Shown here piece after piece: positions 9,167 through 17,908 of a DNA stretch of 61,010 nt. The translations under genes and the position numbers were made by a program. The notes beneath the pieces were generated by a model. It saw only the letters and a list, made by a program, of their open reading frames with translations, had not been told where the DNA came from and did not search any database. Position 1 is the stretch's first letter; each line of letters starts with the position of its first letter. Origin of the DNA: a virus (lineage: Duplodnaviria; Caudoviricetes); the IMG/VR virus record IMGVR_UViG_3300032111_000012, positions 1-61,010 of that record; one strand, given 5' to 3'.

Positions 9167-9652
9167 CTAGACTCCACCAACCTCTTTGACGATCAAAGCG
9201 TAAGTCAAATGCTCATCCTCTTCTGGCTTGATCTCTCGCCACCGCCAACCATCACTTTTAATGAAATAGATTTGCTCGACCGGTTTCCCACCCGGCCTAT
9301 CCAAGAACATTACTTCCCGAAAGACGGGGGTCTTGTCATTTGTATAGATATCTTTCTCTTGAACAACCAAAGCCATAGCCTTAATCTCCCGAACCACAAG
9401 GGGCTTATACCAATTCCGAGCTTCCCTCTTGGCCCACTTCCACCGCCAATGGTGCTTGCCCATTTCCCTATAAAAGCTCGGCCCGCTCCTGGTGAACGCA
9501 ACCGACCCATCCACCAATCTAACAGCAATCGGGTATCCATCATCATAGAGACACATCCCATCGCTCCATAAGCCCCCGACCCTCTGCTTACTGGTGTGCT
9601 GCCCCAGGAAAAACCGATGGATGATAAGCGTATTCTGGATCTTCTTTGCCAT
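9167..9652 (-). CDS. Hypothetical protein, paralog of 8687..9166
   Basis: Same shared motifs; abuts next gene. Confidence 0.75.
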   Translation of the reverse strand: MAKKIQNTLIIHRFFLGQHTSKQRVGGLWSDGMCLYDDGYPIAVRLVDGSVAFTRSGPSFYREMGKHHWRWKWAKREARNWYKPLVVREIKAMALVVQEKDIYTNDKTPVFREVMFLDRPGGKPVEQIYFIKSDGWRWREIKPEEDEHLTYALIVKEVGGV

Positions 9653-9667
9653 CTCTCTCGCCGTCCC

Positions 9668-10000
9668 CTAAGCCCCTATCGACTCAGACAAAGCTTTGTT
9701 GACATCCAATACATAATAAGGGAGAACCCGACCACTTAAGCACTCCTTGACCTTGCCACGAAAGCCCAACCAATATTCCTCGAAGGCTTCCACATCGATC
9801 CCGCCAAAGATGTAGCAGGTGTGCCACCTGAAGAAAGCCACGATCTGCGGAAGCGTCCAATCATTCTGCCGTACCCACTTGCCGAACGGAACCCTATCCG
9901 GCCTGTTGGCGCACAAGATCTCCATCCCACGGTAATCCGTATTCGCAGCTTCATCCTGCACTAAAACCAAGAACTGCCCCTTGAGACTCTTATCTGTCAT
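9668..10000 (-). CDS. Hypothetical protein
   Basis: ORF with SD directly downstream of operator pair 10020/10053. Confidence 0.7.
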   Translation of the reverse strand: MTDKSLKGQFLVLVQDEAANTDYRGMEILCANRPDRVPFGKWVRQNDWTLPQIVAFFRWHTCYIFGGIDVEAFEEYWLGFRGKVKECLSGRVLPYYVLDVNKALSESIGA

Positions 10001-10019
10001 TTCTCTGCATCCCCTCACA

Positions 10020-10066
10020 TCACCATTTGGTGATTTCTCTGAGCTAATCTTATCACCATTAGGCGA
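10020..10066. promoter_or_regulatory. Operator pair (10020-10033, 10053-10066) with leftward promoter
   Basis: Minus strand TTTACA-ATATCGCCTAATGGTGA-TAAGAT. Confidence 0.75.
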
Positions 10067-10156
10067 TATTGTAAATCGTTTTATCGCAGAGAAGACGTAG
10101 GCTTTACTGGCCCATAAGCCAGACTAAAAGCATCCCTACCCCCGATCTCCTCACTC

Positions 10157-10426
10157 CTAATCTACAAGTCCCAGCGCATACGCCGGGCAGTCCGGTTCAT
10201 GCCGAAGCCTGCCCGTGTATCGTTCCCGCCCGGCACAGGTGATCTTGCAACGCTCAATAAGATAATCGCACACTACAAACCCCTGGACGATTTGTTGGAC
10301 GGTTGCCGCATCGGGACAGTAAGCGACAGTCGAGCCGTCGTCTTTGGCAATCCGATACCAACCGCACAGCTGGTTTTCTCGCTCGGCCAGAGACAGACGC
10401 GATTTCTTAACCCGCTCAATCCTCAT
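10157..10426 (-). CDS. Hypothetical Cys-rich protein
   Basis: 89-aa ORF, CKITC...HEPDC. Confidence 0.65.
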   Translation of the reverse strand: MRIERVKKSRLSLAERENQLCGWYRIAKDDGSTVAYCPDAATVQQIVQGFVVCDYLIERCKITCAGRERYTGRLRHEPDCPAYALGLVD

Positions 10427-10958
10427 AACGTTCTTCCTTCCGATCTTCTTCTTTCGGTTGCGGCGCGTGAGCCAAGGCCGCGATTGCCAATCTGGCGTCG
10501 GTCAGCAAGTTCTGAAGGCATTCTCCCACATGTTCGTCACACCACGCGCAGGATGCACAGTAATCAACGGCTCCTCTGGTGTGAGTGCATACCTGGCGGG
10601 TTCGGATAAAGTTCTGCGCCTTTTGTATGGCCTGGATGCACTTCGCCAAACGCGCCCGCAGTTCAGCGATTTCGTCTTTCGGCTGCGACACAGGTCTCCC
10701 CAGCTTAACCATTGCTGACAACCATGCTTTCTTTGCGTCTTCCAGGTTCCGCAAGGCTTCTTCAGGAATTTCGCCATCGCTGGCGCACCCCGGCCAGCCT
10801 GGGATCTCGGCCAGCCAGCCGCCGCCTTCGTCTTCCGTCAAGGGGCGCAGGCGAATTGGGTGCCGCTGGTTAAGATGAAATTCTATCTGCTTTTCCTGTT
10901 CGTCCTGGATATGCAGTTCGGGTTCCCCAGAATTACCTGGTTTGGTCACGCGAAACAC
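10416..10958 (-). CDS. HicB-like antitoxin domain fused to coiled-coil/Cys-rich phage domain
   Basis: EDEGGGWLAEIPGWPGCASDGEIPEEALRNLEDAKKAWL matches HicB N-terminal consensus. Confidence 0.75.
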   Translation of the reverse strand: MFRVTKPGNSGEPELHIQDEQEKQIEFHLNQRHPIRLRPLTEDEGGGWLAEIPGWPGCASDGEIPEEALRNLEDAKKAWLSAMVKLGRPVSQPKDEIAELRARLAKCIQAIQKAQNFIRTRQVCTHTRGAVDYCASCAWCDEHVGECLQNLLTDARLAIAALAHAPQPKEEDRKEERYED

Positions 10959-11095
10959 CCCCTGAAAAACTCAAAGCCTGGTACGCGCGTACCCGGCTTC
11001 GTTCTGGATTCTCGCCACATCTGGGCCCCGGCATTCTGCCACCATCATCCTCTCCTACCTGTTGCCGTGCGGTGAACTCTCTACACCGAATCATA

Positions 11096-11109
11096 TCACC
11101 ATACGGTGA
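11096..11109. promoter_or_regulatory. Operator in leftward promoter upstream of HicB-like gene
   Basis: Minus strand TTGCCG-ATTCACCGTATGGTGA-TATGAT; degenerate partner at 11062-11075. Confidence 0.7.
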
Positions 11110-11245
11110 ATCGGCAACCGGCCCGGTTACTTTTCGAATAAAACAAGACGCAAAGAGAAGCCGATCACTCGGCCCCTCAAATCTTGATTTCCCCGTAAGG
11201 TAGTTATACTTCTATAAAATCTACTTAAGTGTATATACTTCTTTG

Positions 11246-11311
11246 AACATATCAAATATGATACGTTAACATATCATTTTTGATACCTTAACGTATCATA
11301 TTTGATACGTT
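11246..11311. repeat. Three tandem 22-bp palindromic iteron-like repeats next to AT-rich tract (candidate origin)
   Basis: AACATATCAAATATGATACGTT / AACATATCATTTTTGATACCTT / AACGTATCATATTTGATACGTT. Confidence 0.85.
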
Positions 11312-11345
11312 GACCCCTATTCCAACTTAACCCTCTCAGAGACAA

Positions 11346-11379
11346 CAAAAGATCCCCCAGCCTTCCGGCCAGGGGATCT
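11346..11379 (-). terminator. Intrinsic terminator
   Basis: Minus strand AGATCCCCTGGCC-GGAA-GGCTGGGGGATCT-TTTGTT. Confidence 0.75.
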
Positions 11380-11438
11380 CTCATCAATCAACAGCGGCGC
11401 AGAGACCCCCGGCTTTAGCCGTGGGGAGGAGCGCCGCT

Positions 11439-12452
11439 TTACCTCCTTTCTTTTGGTATCCACACGCGCCAAGAACATGGAACGAGTACAACGATGTCTT
11501 CGCGGCGGACGTTTTGCGTGAGCCGTGTCCCGTCCCGCATCGCGTGCAAGCTTAGCCGATTTCTCATATGCCCACCAACGTAGCAGAAGCCAAACTTCGG
11601 ATGAATCACCTGCGTTCCGCGTCGCAGGCCGAGGCTGACCGTCCCGCCGTGCCGCCTTCTTGCGCCGCCTTTGCCCGGATTTTGCAAGTGCAGGCTCCGG
11701 CGGCGAAATCGCAAAGGCGCCATCCTGACAATCCGCGTGTAGTCCGGTTGTGTTCCACCAACCTCAGAAGCGGCCAAGACCCATGCGTCTACTGCGTGCG
11801 CAAAAAACGTATCGGCAGATTTCCGGCTCGTCTTGTGCAGCCCGAACGTCTCCCGGAACTGTTTTGTTCCCCAGCCGGTTCGCGTAACGACAAGCGCAAT
11901 CCGGGCAAGTTCTGCATAGAGCCATTGCTTGCCGACTTCCAGCGGGCTAAACGACACGTTCCAACGTCGTTTTCCTTTTCGGGTTTCGGCTTTGACATCC
12001 TCGACGACAAAGGTCGTGATGGGATACAGCTCCGCGAGGAATGCAGCAATCCTGAGTTTCCATCCCCAACGGGCTTTCGTGGACGGCGGGATTGAACCGC
12101 GGGAACGGTTAAACCGCGGTTTCCGGTTCGGCGTCTTTCGATAACGCCGGGTCCGCCGCAACGCCCGTCGGGTTTCCATTGCCTTCTTTACGTGAATGAT
12201 GGCGTCGGCATGGATATTCAAGTACGTGTGTTTTGGACCGACGACGCTGAAGCCTTCCCACTTCGAGCCGGGATCAATCCCGCAGGCGACGGGCTGCACC
12301 GCGCCGTCCGTGCGGTCCAGAAGCCGGATGTAGAAGAATCCCTTCCGGAACCGCCGTACCGCCCGGCCTTTGCGGACGAGCTCCCTCGCTCTTGCTGGAT
12401 GACACGGCATGAGAGGCTTTCCATCAGCAGACAGGACGGGAACATACTGCAT
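11439..12452 (-). CDS. isrB: OMEGA nickase IsrB (337 aa)
   Basis: PLMP motif, RuvC-I GIDPG, Arg-rich bridge helix RRxRR, RuvC-II VVED, RuvC-III HAVDA, no HNH. Confidence 0.92.
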   Translation of the reverse strand: MQYVPVLSADGKPLMPCHPARARELVRKGRAVRRFRKGFFYIRLLDRTDGAVQPVACGIDPGSKWEGFSVVGPKHTYLNIHADAIIHVKKAMETRRALRRTRRYRKTPNRKPRFNRSRGSIPPSTKARWGWKLRIAAFLAELYPITTFVVEDVKAETRKGKRRWNVSFSPLEVGKQWLYAELARIALVVTRTGWGTKQFRETFGLHKTSRKSADTFFAHAVDAWVLAASEVGGTQPDYTRIVRMAPLRFRRRSLHLQNPGKGGARRRHGGTVSLGLRRGTQVIHPKFGFCYVGGHMRNRLSLHAMRDGTRLTQNVRREDIVVLVPCSWRVWIPKERR

Positions 12453-12459
12453 GGAGGTT

Positions 12460-12724
12460 ACCCTCCCTCTCGCCCTTTCGGGCGGCAATTTCTCCCCTTC
12501 GCCGCTGGCCGCCGGAGAGGCCGGGGACTAGGGGAGCATCCCCGGCATCCTTTCCCCGCCACGAGCGGGCGGCTCAGCCCCCTTCAAACGCCCCCGGAAT
12601 CCCGTCGCCGGGTCCGGTGGCTTGGGCAGGCTAGTCTTTCACAGTCGGTGACTGCCTCACGGTTTCGCAGCTGGCAAGACCGCTACTCGCGCAAGCCCCC
12701 GCCTTTAGGCGTGGGGTACTTGAC
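12460..12724 (-). ncRNA. IsrB omegaRNA scaffold; predicted guide CAAATTTTCAATTGGTCAAA (12744-12725)
   Basis: ~265 nt GC-rich multi-stem region upstream of isrB with HEARO/omegaRNA-like GACTAGCCT and ATGCTCCCCTAGTCCC segments. Confidence 0.85.
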
Positions 12725-12859
12725 TTTGACCAATTGAAAATTTGCCGGATCGACGGCGATGCTTTAGCGGGCTCCAACCATCGATCCGGCTAGGAAACAG
12801 CAGGACAATTCGCACTTTAAAGGTTTGCCACCCCAATTGGCGAATGCCCAGCCATTTGA

Positions 12860-13225
12860 CTACACTTCTGTTTTCGGCTTGCGAACCCGACGAGGTTTTC
12901 TGGATTCAGGTGGATCACCATAAACCCGGTGCATCGCAGCCCTGGTCACTAGCCACACCGTTCCGCTCTGCCGAACCTCACCGGGCAGGAAGCGTTCCTG
13001 GCGAATGGCGTGCCGGATGGCAGACCTATGTAAGTTCCACAGTCTCGAGGCTTCCACCACCGTCATAACCTCTTCCAAAGACTTGGCTGCCTTCTTATCG
13101 ATCTTGACCACTGTGCCCATAGTATGCCACCACCTTCTCACTCCTGCCTCTATGATAACACCATCCGGCGAAAAGGCAAGCACCCGTTCCATTTTCTCCT
13201 GGGCTTTATTTTGTGTAGCGGGCAT
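12860..13225 (-). CDS. Helix-turn-helix DNA-binding protein
   Basis: VMTVVEASRLWNLHRSAIRHAI...RQSGTVWLVTRAAMHRVYG. Confidence 0.75.
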   Translation of the reverse strand: MPATQNKAQEKMERVLAFSPDGVIIEAGVRRWWHTMGTVVKIDKKAAKSLEEVMTVVEASRLWNLHRSAIRHAIRQERFLPGEVRQSGTVWLVTRAAMHRVYGDPPESRKPRRVRKPKTEV

Positions 13226-13276
13226 ACCTTATCCTTACCTTCAACCTTAAGGCCGTACAGAGAGACAAGCAGCGGC

Positions 13277-13687
13277 CTAGAAGGCCGCTTTATGGTGTCC
13301 CCATTCCCGCCCGAACTCATTACGGAGATCCATTAGCGCATCGTGGATCAACCCGTCAAGGTCATCTGGATCAATGTCCAATCCGTACTGACAAAACCTC
13401 TCCGACAGCCACTGGAAAGCCTGCCGATATTTCTCCGGCCCTTTCAAATTGCGGAACTTTTCTTCCGCATACTGAACCGCTCCAATAGCAAGTTCCTTTT
13501 TGAGCTTGATCAAAGCAAAGGCCTTTTCCCCTTCCTTGGTCTTAGCCAGCCGGTCAAGAAACCTGCCCGCCATCACTGCCACAAACGAGACGATTGCCGA
13601 CAAGACAACCGCCAGGATTTCTAATACTGCCTGGGACAATACATCCTGCACACAACGACCCCCTAAACAGAAACAGAATTTGGTCAA
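13277..13687 (-). CDS. Holin, LL-H-like family
   Basis: N-terminal TM helix, AVQYAEE...GPEKYRQA; follows endolysin. Confidence 0.75.
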   Translation of the reverse strand: MTKFCFCLGGRCVQDVLSQAVLEILAVVLSAIVSFVAVMAGRFLDRLAKTKEGEKAFALIKLKKELAIGAVQYAEEKFRNLKGPEKYRQAFQWLSERFCQYGLDIDPDDLDGLIHDALMDLRNEFGREWGHHKAAF

Positions 13688-13694
13688 CTCAACT

Positions 13695-14342
13695 CTAGAT
13701 GGCGATCATCACGGACTGCGTAGCCTTGTCATAATTGACCTTGCCGCCAAGCGACTCGGCCACCAGCCGGGCGGGGATCTCTACCCCATCATCAAAGACG
13801 ATCAACGTCCGGCCATCGACCACTTTGACCTCCCGATCCAACACACGACCATTAACAACCAGCCGCATCTTTGCCGCCGGGGCGCTAATCCCCTGGATAA
13901 ACTCATCCCACGGGAACATTGGCCCTGGACAGACAGTAGCCATCCAATCCTTATGCCTGCTCGGCTGCAACCCCGGAAACTGCCCCTCCAGCCACCGATA
14001 TAAAGCAATCAGTGTTTTCATCTGGGCCGTCGTAGGGCGGTTGGTACGGAAATCACCAGCTAAACATACTCCGATGCTCGAAGGGTTACCTTTCGGGCCA
14101 GCATGGGAACCGATAGCCCAAAGCGGTCGGCCCTGCTCCACATTGCCATCGGCCCTAATTACAAAATGGTACCCAATTCCGATCCATCCCTCATTGAGGT
14201 GCCACTTGTGAATATCGACAGCCGAGACATCCCTGGACATTGAGTGGTGAACGATCAGATATTTAGTCGTTCTGCGTTTGGTCATCTGCTTTAACTGCTG
14301 ATCCGCCCACGGGAACGGCTTAATAGCGAATGATGCGCTCAC
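13695..14342 (-). CDS. Endolysin, N-acetylmuramoyl-L-alanine amidase (Amidase_2) with small C-terminal domain
   Basis: LIVHHS, IGYHF, GSHA, SIGVCLAG, RH..ATVCPG zinc ligands. Confidence 0.92.
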   Translation of the reverse strand: MSASFAIKPFPWADQQLKQMTKRRTTKYLIVHHSMSRDVSAVDIHKWHLNEGWIGIGYHFVIRADGNVEQGRPLWAIGSHAGPKGNPSSIGVCLAGDFRTNRPTTAQMKTLIALYRWLEGQFPGLQPSRHKDWMATVCPGPMFPWDEFIQGISAPAAKMRLVVNGRVLDREVKVVDGRTLIVFDDGVEIPARLVAESLGGKVNYDKATQSVMIAI

Positions 14343-14685
14343 TCTCCCCACCCTCTTCCTCATATGTTTGCGGCCCCAGATCTTGCGGGACTTCGGAAAT
14401 CATTTGTTGCGATGACACCGACGCCCCTCTCCTGCGGGACGGGAACGCGGATAACAGATTGAACCCCTGGCCCGACAACGCCCGACCGCCCAGAACAGCT
14501 ACAAACACAGCCCCCTGGTTCCACCCGACAATTTCCATTAGGGTCTCGGCCCATCCCGGCACCTCGACCCCAATGATCAACAGCGCCCCGCCACCAGCCA
14601 ACATCAACCCATAGAGAATAGAATGATAAAGTGCCAAGAACTCGGGTAGTTCTAGGCCCCCCTCATCGTTGATAAATGTCTTCAC
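14320..14685 (-). CDS. Membrane protein, possible holin/lysis accessory
   Basis: Two hydrophobic segments, lysis cassette. Confidence 0.6.
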   Translation of the reverse strand: MKTFINDEGGLELPEFLALYHSILYGLMLAGGGALLIIGVEVPGWAETLMEIVGWNQGAVFVAVLGGRALSGQGFNLLSAFPSRRRGASVSSQQMISEVPQDLGPQTYEEEGGESERIIRY

Positions 14686-14687
14686 CC

Positions 14688-15143
14688 TTACTGCCCCCCA
14701 TTCCCCCCTGTGCTCTGAACTAAGCTGAGTATCAACCCACCGAACCATTTCAAGAACTCCCAAGCCGGTACAGCAATAATGACCGCTGCCGTGCTGATCT
14801 TGGCGATCTGTTTATTCTCCCGGTCACTCAACTTGGCGGCTTCTTGTTCCCTCTCCTGGGCGTGGGCGATCCATTCCTTTTCCCGATCCTCATCACGTTT
14901 AGCGCGAATCGATGCACACTCCGCATTGGTCACCAATAGAGAGGTCTGCTGCGTCGCCGTGACCTTAATCACTGCTAACTCCGTATTAAGCTCATTTATC
15001 CTTCGGAACAATTCATCAAAAAGCTTGTCGGTTCGCTGTGCCCTGTCGCGGTTTTCCTGTCGAAGGGCTTTGATATGCTCTTCCCAAGCTGTCAAACGCT
15101 GCAATACGGCCTGAAACTCAAGGCCCGGCGGGCTCTGGCTCAT
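14688..15143 (-). CDS. Coiled-coil protein with C-terminal TM helix (lysis cassette)
   Basis: Architecture and position upstream of endolysin. Confidence 0.65.
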   Translation of the reverse strand: MSQSPPGLEFQAVLQRLTAWEEHIKALRQENRDRAQRTDKLFDELFRRINELNTELAVIKVTATQQTSLLVTNAECASIRAKRDEDREKEWIAHAQEREQEAAKLSDRENKQIAKISTAAVIIAVPAWEFLKWFGGLILSLVQSTGGNGGQ

Positions 15144-15257
15144 CTTCCCACCCCTCTCCAAGGACTAGAGGCCGGAACTTGTCCGGCCTCTAGGGGTTAA
15201 TAACCTCGACGTTGCAGAGCAACATCGAGGGGCTAATACTTAAGTCTGCACATTTTC

Positions 15258-15470
15258 CTACTGCGCAGCAAGCTGCTTCAAAATCTCTTCCAGCATCTCG
15301 ATAATGATCGCCTGCTGCTCCAGCAGGAGATCCAGCTTCTCTTGCTGCGTTATGCCCGCTTTCCTGCTCCGCGCGGCGAGGGCGGCGAGTTTGCTTTGAC
15401 GTTGTTTCTGCTTCTCCTGTTTCTCGTCGGCAAATACCGCCTTATTCCCCTGCGCTTCTTTAAGTTGCAT
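15258..15470 (-). CDS. Hypothetical coiled-coil protein
   Basis: 70 aa, overlaps upstream stop. Confidence 0.65.
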   Translation of the reverse strand: MQLKEAQGNKAVFADEKQEKQKQRQSKLAALAARSRKAGITQQEKLDLLLEQQAIIIEMLEEILKQLAAQ

Positions 15471-15798
15471 TGATTACCACCTCGTTCAGCCGCGTTATCG
15501 TAGGTTCCCCCGCCCTGATGCGGATTACCCCCGGCGTTGTGGCCGTCACCTGGAGGGTTGCCGTGTGGGTAGCGGGGTCAATCGGCACAGTAGCGATGGC
15601 CTCGCCCGTGTCGGCATGGTAGAAGGTTATTTCGGTCAAGTCAGGATGGACTTCGGCGGTGACGGTGGCGATGTCGAGACCGTCGGCGGCGATGTGGGTT
15701 TTTTCCACTGTTAGAATAGCGAGTATAGTTTCATAAAGCCACTCACCCTCAGGCTCAACACAAATTACATCGAAACCATTTCGCCTAAGTTCAGCCAT
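15460..15798 (-). CDS. Tail-fibre-associated protein, Ig-like
   Basis: IAADGLDIATVTA / ATTPGVIRI beta-rich motifs. Confidence 0.6.
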   Translation of the reverse strand: MAELRRNGFDVICVEPEGEWLYETILAILTVEKTHIAADGLDIATVTAEVHPDLTEITFYHADTGEAIATVPIDPATHTATLQVTATTPGVIRIRAGEPTITRLNEVVINAT

Positions 15799-15800
15799 TA

Positions 15801-16754
15801 TTATATCACCACCTTTAAAACTATCCCATTGCCTCCTGCGCCTCCATTACCAGCTGCGCCATAACTGGCCTTCATACCAGTTCCACCATCGCCCTTTTGT
15901 GCGGAAATTATTCCTGATATAACCATTTTGTTCCCTATTATTATGGCCGTTCCACCACCGCCGCCGCCACCGCCACCAGCACCACCATAACTTCCTGATC
16001 CCACTACACCTGAAGCATTACCTCCGTTAATACCATCAGCTCTTACTGCCCCGGAAGAAGTTACTTCTATCTGCGGCGCACACAATAAGATAGCCCCGCC
16101 ACCAGCACCGCCGTTTCCAGCAGTTCCTCCCGCTTGCGTAGAAATTCCGCCGCCTCCACCGCCAGCACCTATACCAAATGTATTTATTAATTGTCTGAGT
16201 ACATAGTAATCTTTATCATTGGGTGATAAGCCTTCTCCGCCACTACCACCATAAGTAGATCCGCCTGCCCCACCGCTTCCAGTGGATGTATTTCCTCCAG
16301 CTCCTCCTGGCTGGTCTGTAAGACCTGCATAGTCATCTGCTCCTCCGCCTCCACCACCCGTTCCACCGTAACCACTACCATTACTTCCTGGATTGCCAGG
16401 ATTAGAATTTGGTGCGCCAGCCGCACCACCATTACCACCTCTACCACTCACAGTTAACAAGCCAGCAATAGTAATTTTTTGTTTCGCCAAAATCACAAGA
16501 TGATTTCCTGAACTTAATGACACTGTTACACCAAAAGGAATATTCACAGTACCATAACGATAAACCCCCGCAGATAGCGAAGTGTTTGACGTTGGAGAAA
16601 AGTCACCGTCGCTACCATCACCAAATAACGGAAAAGGACTTAATGCTAGCGGGTTGAGAGCTGTCACCTTCGCATGCAGACTTCCAGTCGAACTCGCCGC
16701 ATCCGTGCGAAAGCCCAAATGGTAAAGGAGTTGCTGCAATCTTCCTTCGCTCAC
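15801..16754 (-). CDS. Glycine-rich tail fibre / receptor-binding protein
   Basis: FGDGSDG motif, poly-Gly repeats, AT-richer DNA than neighbours. Confidence 0.75.
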   Translation of the reverse strand: MSEGRLQQLLYHLGFRTDAASSTGSLHAKVTALNPLALSPFPLFGDGSDGDFSPTSNTSLSAGVYRYGTVNIPFGVTVSLSSGNHLVILAKQKITIAGLLTVSGRGGNGGAAGAPNSNPGNPGSNGSGYGGTGGGGGGADDYAGLTDQPGGAGGNTSTGSGGAGGSTYGGSGGEGLSPNDKDYYVLRQLINTFGIGAGGGGGGISTQAGGTAGNGGAGGGAILLCAPQIEVTSSGAVRADGINGGNASGVVGSGSYGGAGGGGGGGGGTAIIIGNKMVISGIISAQKGDGGTGMKASYGAAGNGGAGGNGIVLKVVI

Positions 16755-17096
16755 TTAACTCACCGTCCTTGTTTCACTGGTGATCTTACCACCTGAGATG
16801 GTATAAGTCTTGGTCACCGTTCGGGCGTAAGGAGCCGTGACCTGTAATTGTTCCTGGGTGAGGTCATCGCCCGTGTAGGTGTAAGTCACGGTAGCCGTGA
16901 TGCCCCCTGTGATGCTGATACTGGTCAACTTGTCTCCCGTGTAGTTATATGTTTTACTGATATTACGACAAGTAGCCTCAATCATCTCCAAGAAATCCAT
17001 ATCCTTCAGGGCTTCATCATATTGGGTTTGGATGAGGTTACCCCAAGAGGAAGTGATCACATCGCCCGGCCCAACTGTCTGCTTGGTGTAGGCCAT
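16755..17096 (-). CDS. Minor tail protein
   Basis: MAYTKQT..GDVITS N-terminus, YD-like TYTYTG repeats. Confidence 0.65.
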   Translation of the reverse strand: MAYTKQTVGPGDVITSSWGNLIQTQYDEALKDMDFLEMIEATCRNISKTYNYTGDKLTSISITGGITATVTYTYTGDDLTQEQLQVTAPYARTVTKTYTISGGKITSETRTVS

Positions 17097-17450
17097 TTAT
17101 CCTTCACCCCCTGGATAAGTACCCAACAGGTACTCCAAGAGAAACACTTCGCAGATGATCTTCTTTTCTACTTCAGTTACTTGGGAGAGGTTTGCTGAAT
17201 ACCGGGCATCCCACAACTCGGGAGAGATCTTCCTGCAAAGCGTAGTCAGTCTGGACTTAAGAACCCTGTCCGGCTTATCGGCGTACTGCTCCAACACTCG
17301 CTTGCGCCAAATCTGAAACTCAATCGCCTCAGTCCAATGACCCATCTTCAATCCCTGGACAGCCCTGATCTCCTTGGCCCCCACCAAGGCTTCAATCTGC
17401 TTCTCAATATCAGCGATTTTGAGTTGGGCCTTTTCCTGTCTGGTTATCAT
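17097..17450 (-). CDS. Hypothetical protein
   Basis: 117 aa, coupled in tail operon. Confidence 0.65.
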   Translation of the reverse strand: MITRQEKAQLKIADIEKQIEALVGAKEIRAVQGLKMGHWTEAIEFQIWRKRVLEQYADKPDRVLKSRLTTLCRKISPELWDARYSANLSQVTEVEKKIICEVFLLEYLLGTYPGGEG

Positions 17451-17908
17451 GCATTGCTCACCCCCAACTCCCAGGTCACCACTGCCGAATCATACTCCGT
17501 CTTGTTTACATCAGCAGACACCCTGGCAATTAAAATGCCGGTGTCCTTGTCATCCGAACCACCGGCAACCAGCCCGATCTCTGTCCAGTTGAAGTTGGCC
17601 TCATTCATAGCGAAGTATGTTTCTACCACCACCAGCCCTGGTTCCCGCCAGATGTTCGTAAACTCTTTGCGAAACTGCTCCACTCCAAGCCGCGTGTCTC
17701 CCAAAGCCGGAGGCGCGGTTCCTGTACCAACCGCGAAGTATTCTATGGCCGGCACACTCCGCCTGGCCATAAAGTCCATAATCCAATTCAACCCTGCCGT
17801 CGTAACGATGTTCGAGAATCGGTATTCCCGGTTCCCGATCCTCACCCTCACATTAGCAATTGCCTCGAGCTTAGGCGAACTCGGAATAGCCAAACCGGGC
17901 TGCATCAA
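17447..17908 (-). CDS. Minor tail/baseplate protein, paralog of 20193..20702
   Basis: NIVTTAG...AVGTGT...GDTRL...EIGL. Confidence 0.75.
   Translation of the reverse strand: MMQPGLAIPSSPKLEAIANVRVRIGNREYRFSNIVTTAGLNWIMDFMARRSVPAIEYFAVGTGTAPPALGDTRLGVEQFRKEFTNIWREPGLVVVETYFAMNEANFNWTEIGLVAGGSDDKDTGILIARVSADVNKTEYDSAVVTWELGVSNA

Larger units (their letters stand above)
11385..12724 (-). mobile_element. Non-autonomous IS200/IS605-family isrB element
   Basis: Begins GTCAAGTACCCCACGCCTAAAGGCGGGGG; ends with CCCCACGGCTAAAGCCGGGGG hairpin then TTGATTGATGA; 3' boundary uncertain by about 8 nt. Confidence 0.85.

Noticed and set aside
11246-11311. CRISPR array associated with IsrB
   Set aside because: Repeats are contiguous without spacers, lie outside the element, and match a site in the initiator gene
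11439-12452. IscB or Cas9
   Set aside because: No HNH domain between RuvC-II and RuvC-III, and only 337 aa
12745-12850. c-di-GMP riboswitch (GGCAAACC seen on minus strand)
   Set aside because: Lacks the GNRA-capped P2 and following GCAAAG/P3 pattern; only a plain hairpin GCCGGATCGA/TCGATCCGGC is evident
15801-17096. Diversity-generating retroelement targeting the tail fibre
   Set aside because: No reverse transcriptase and no TR/VR repeat pair seen
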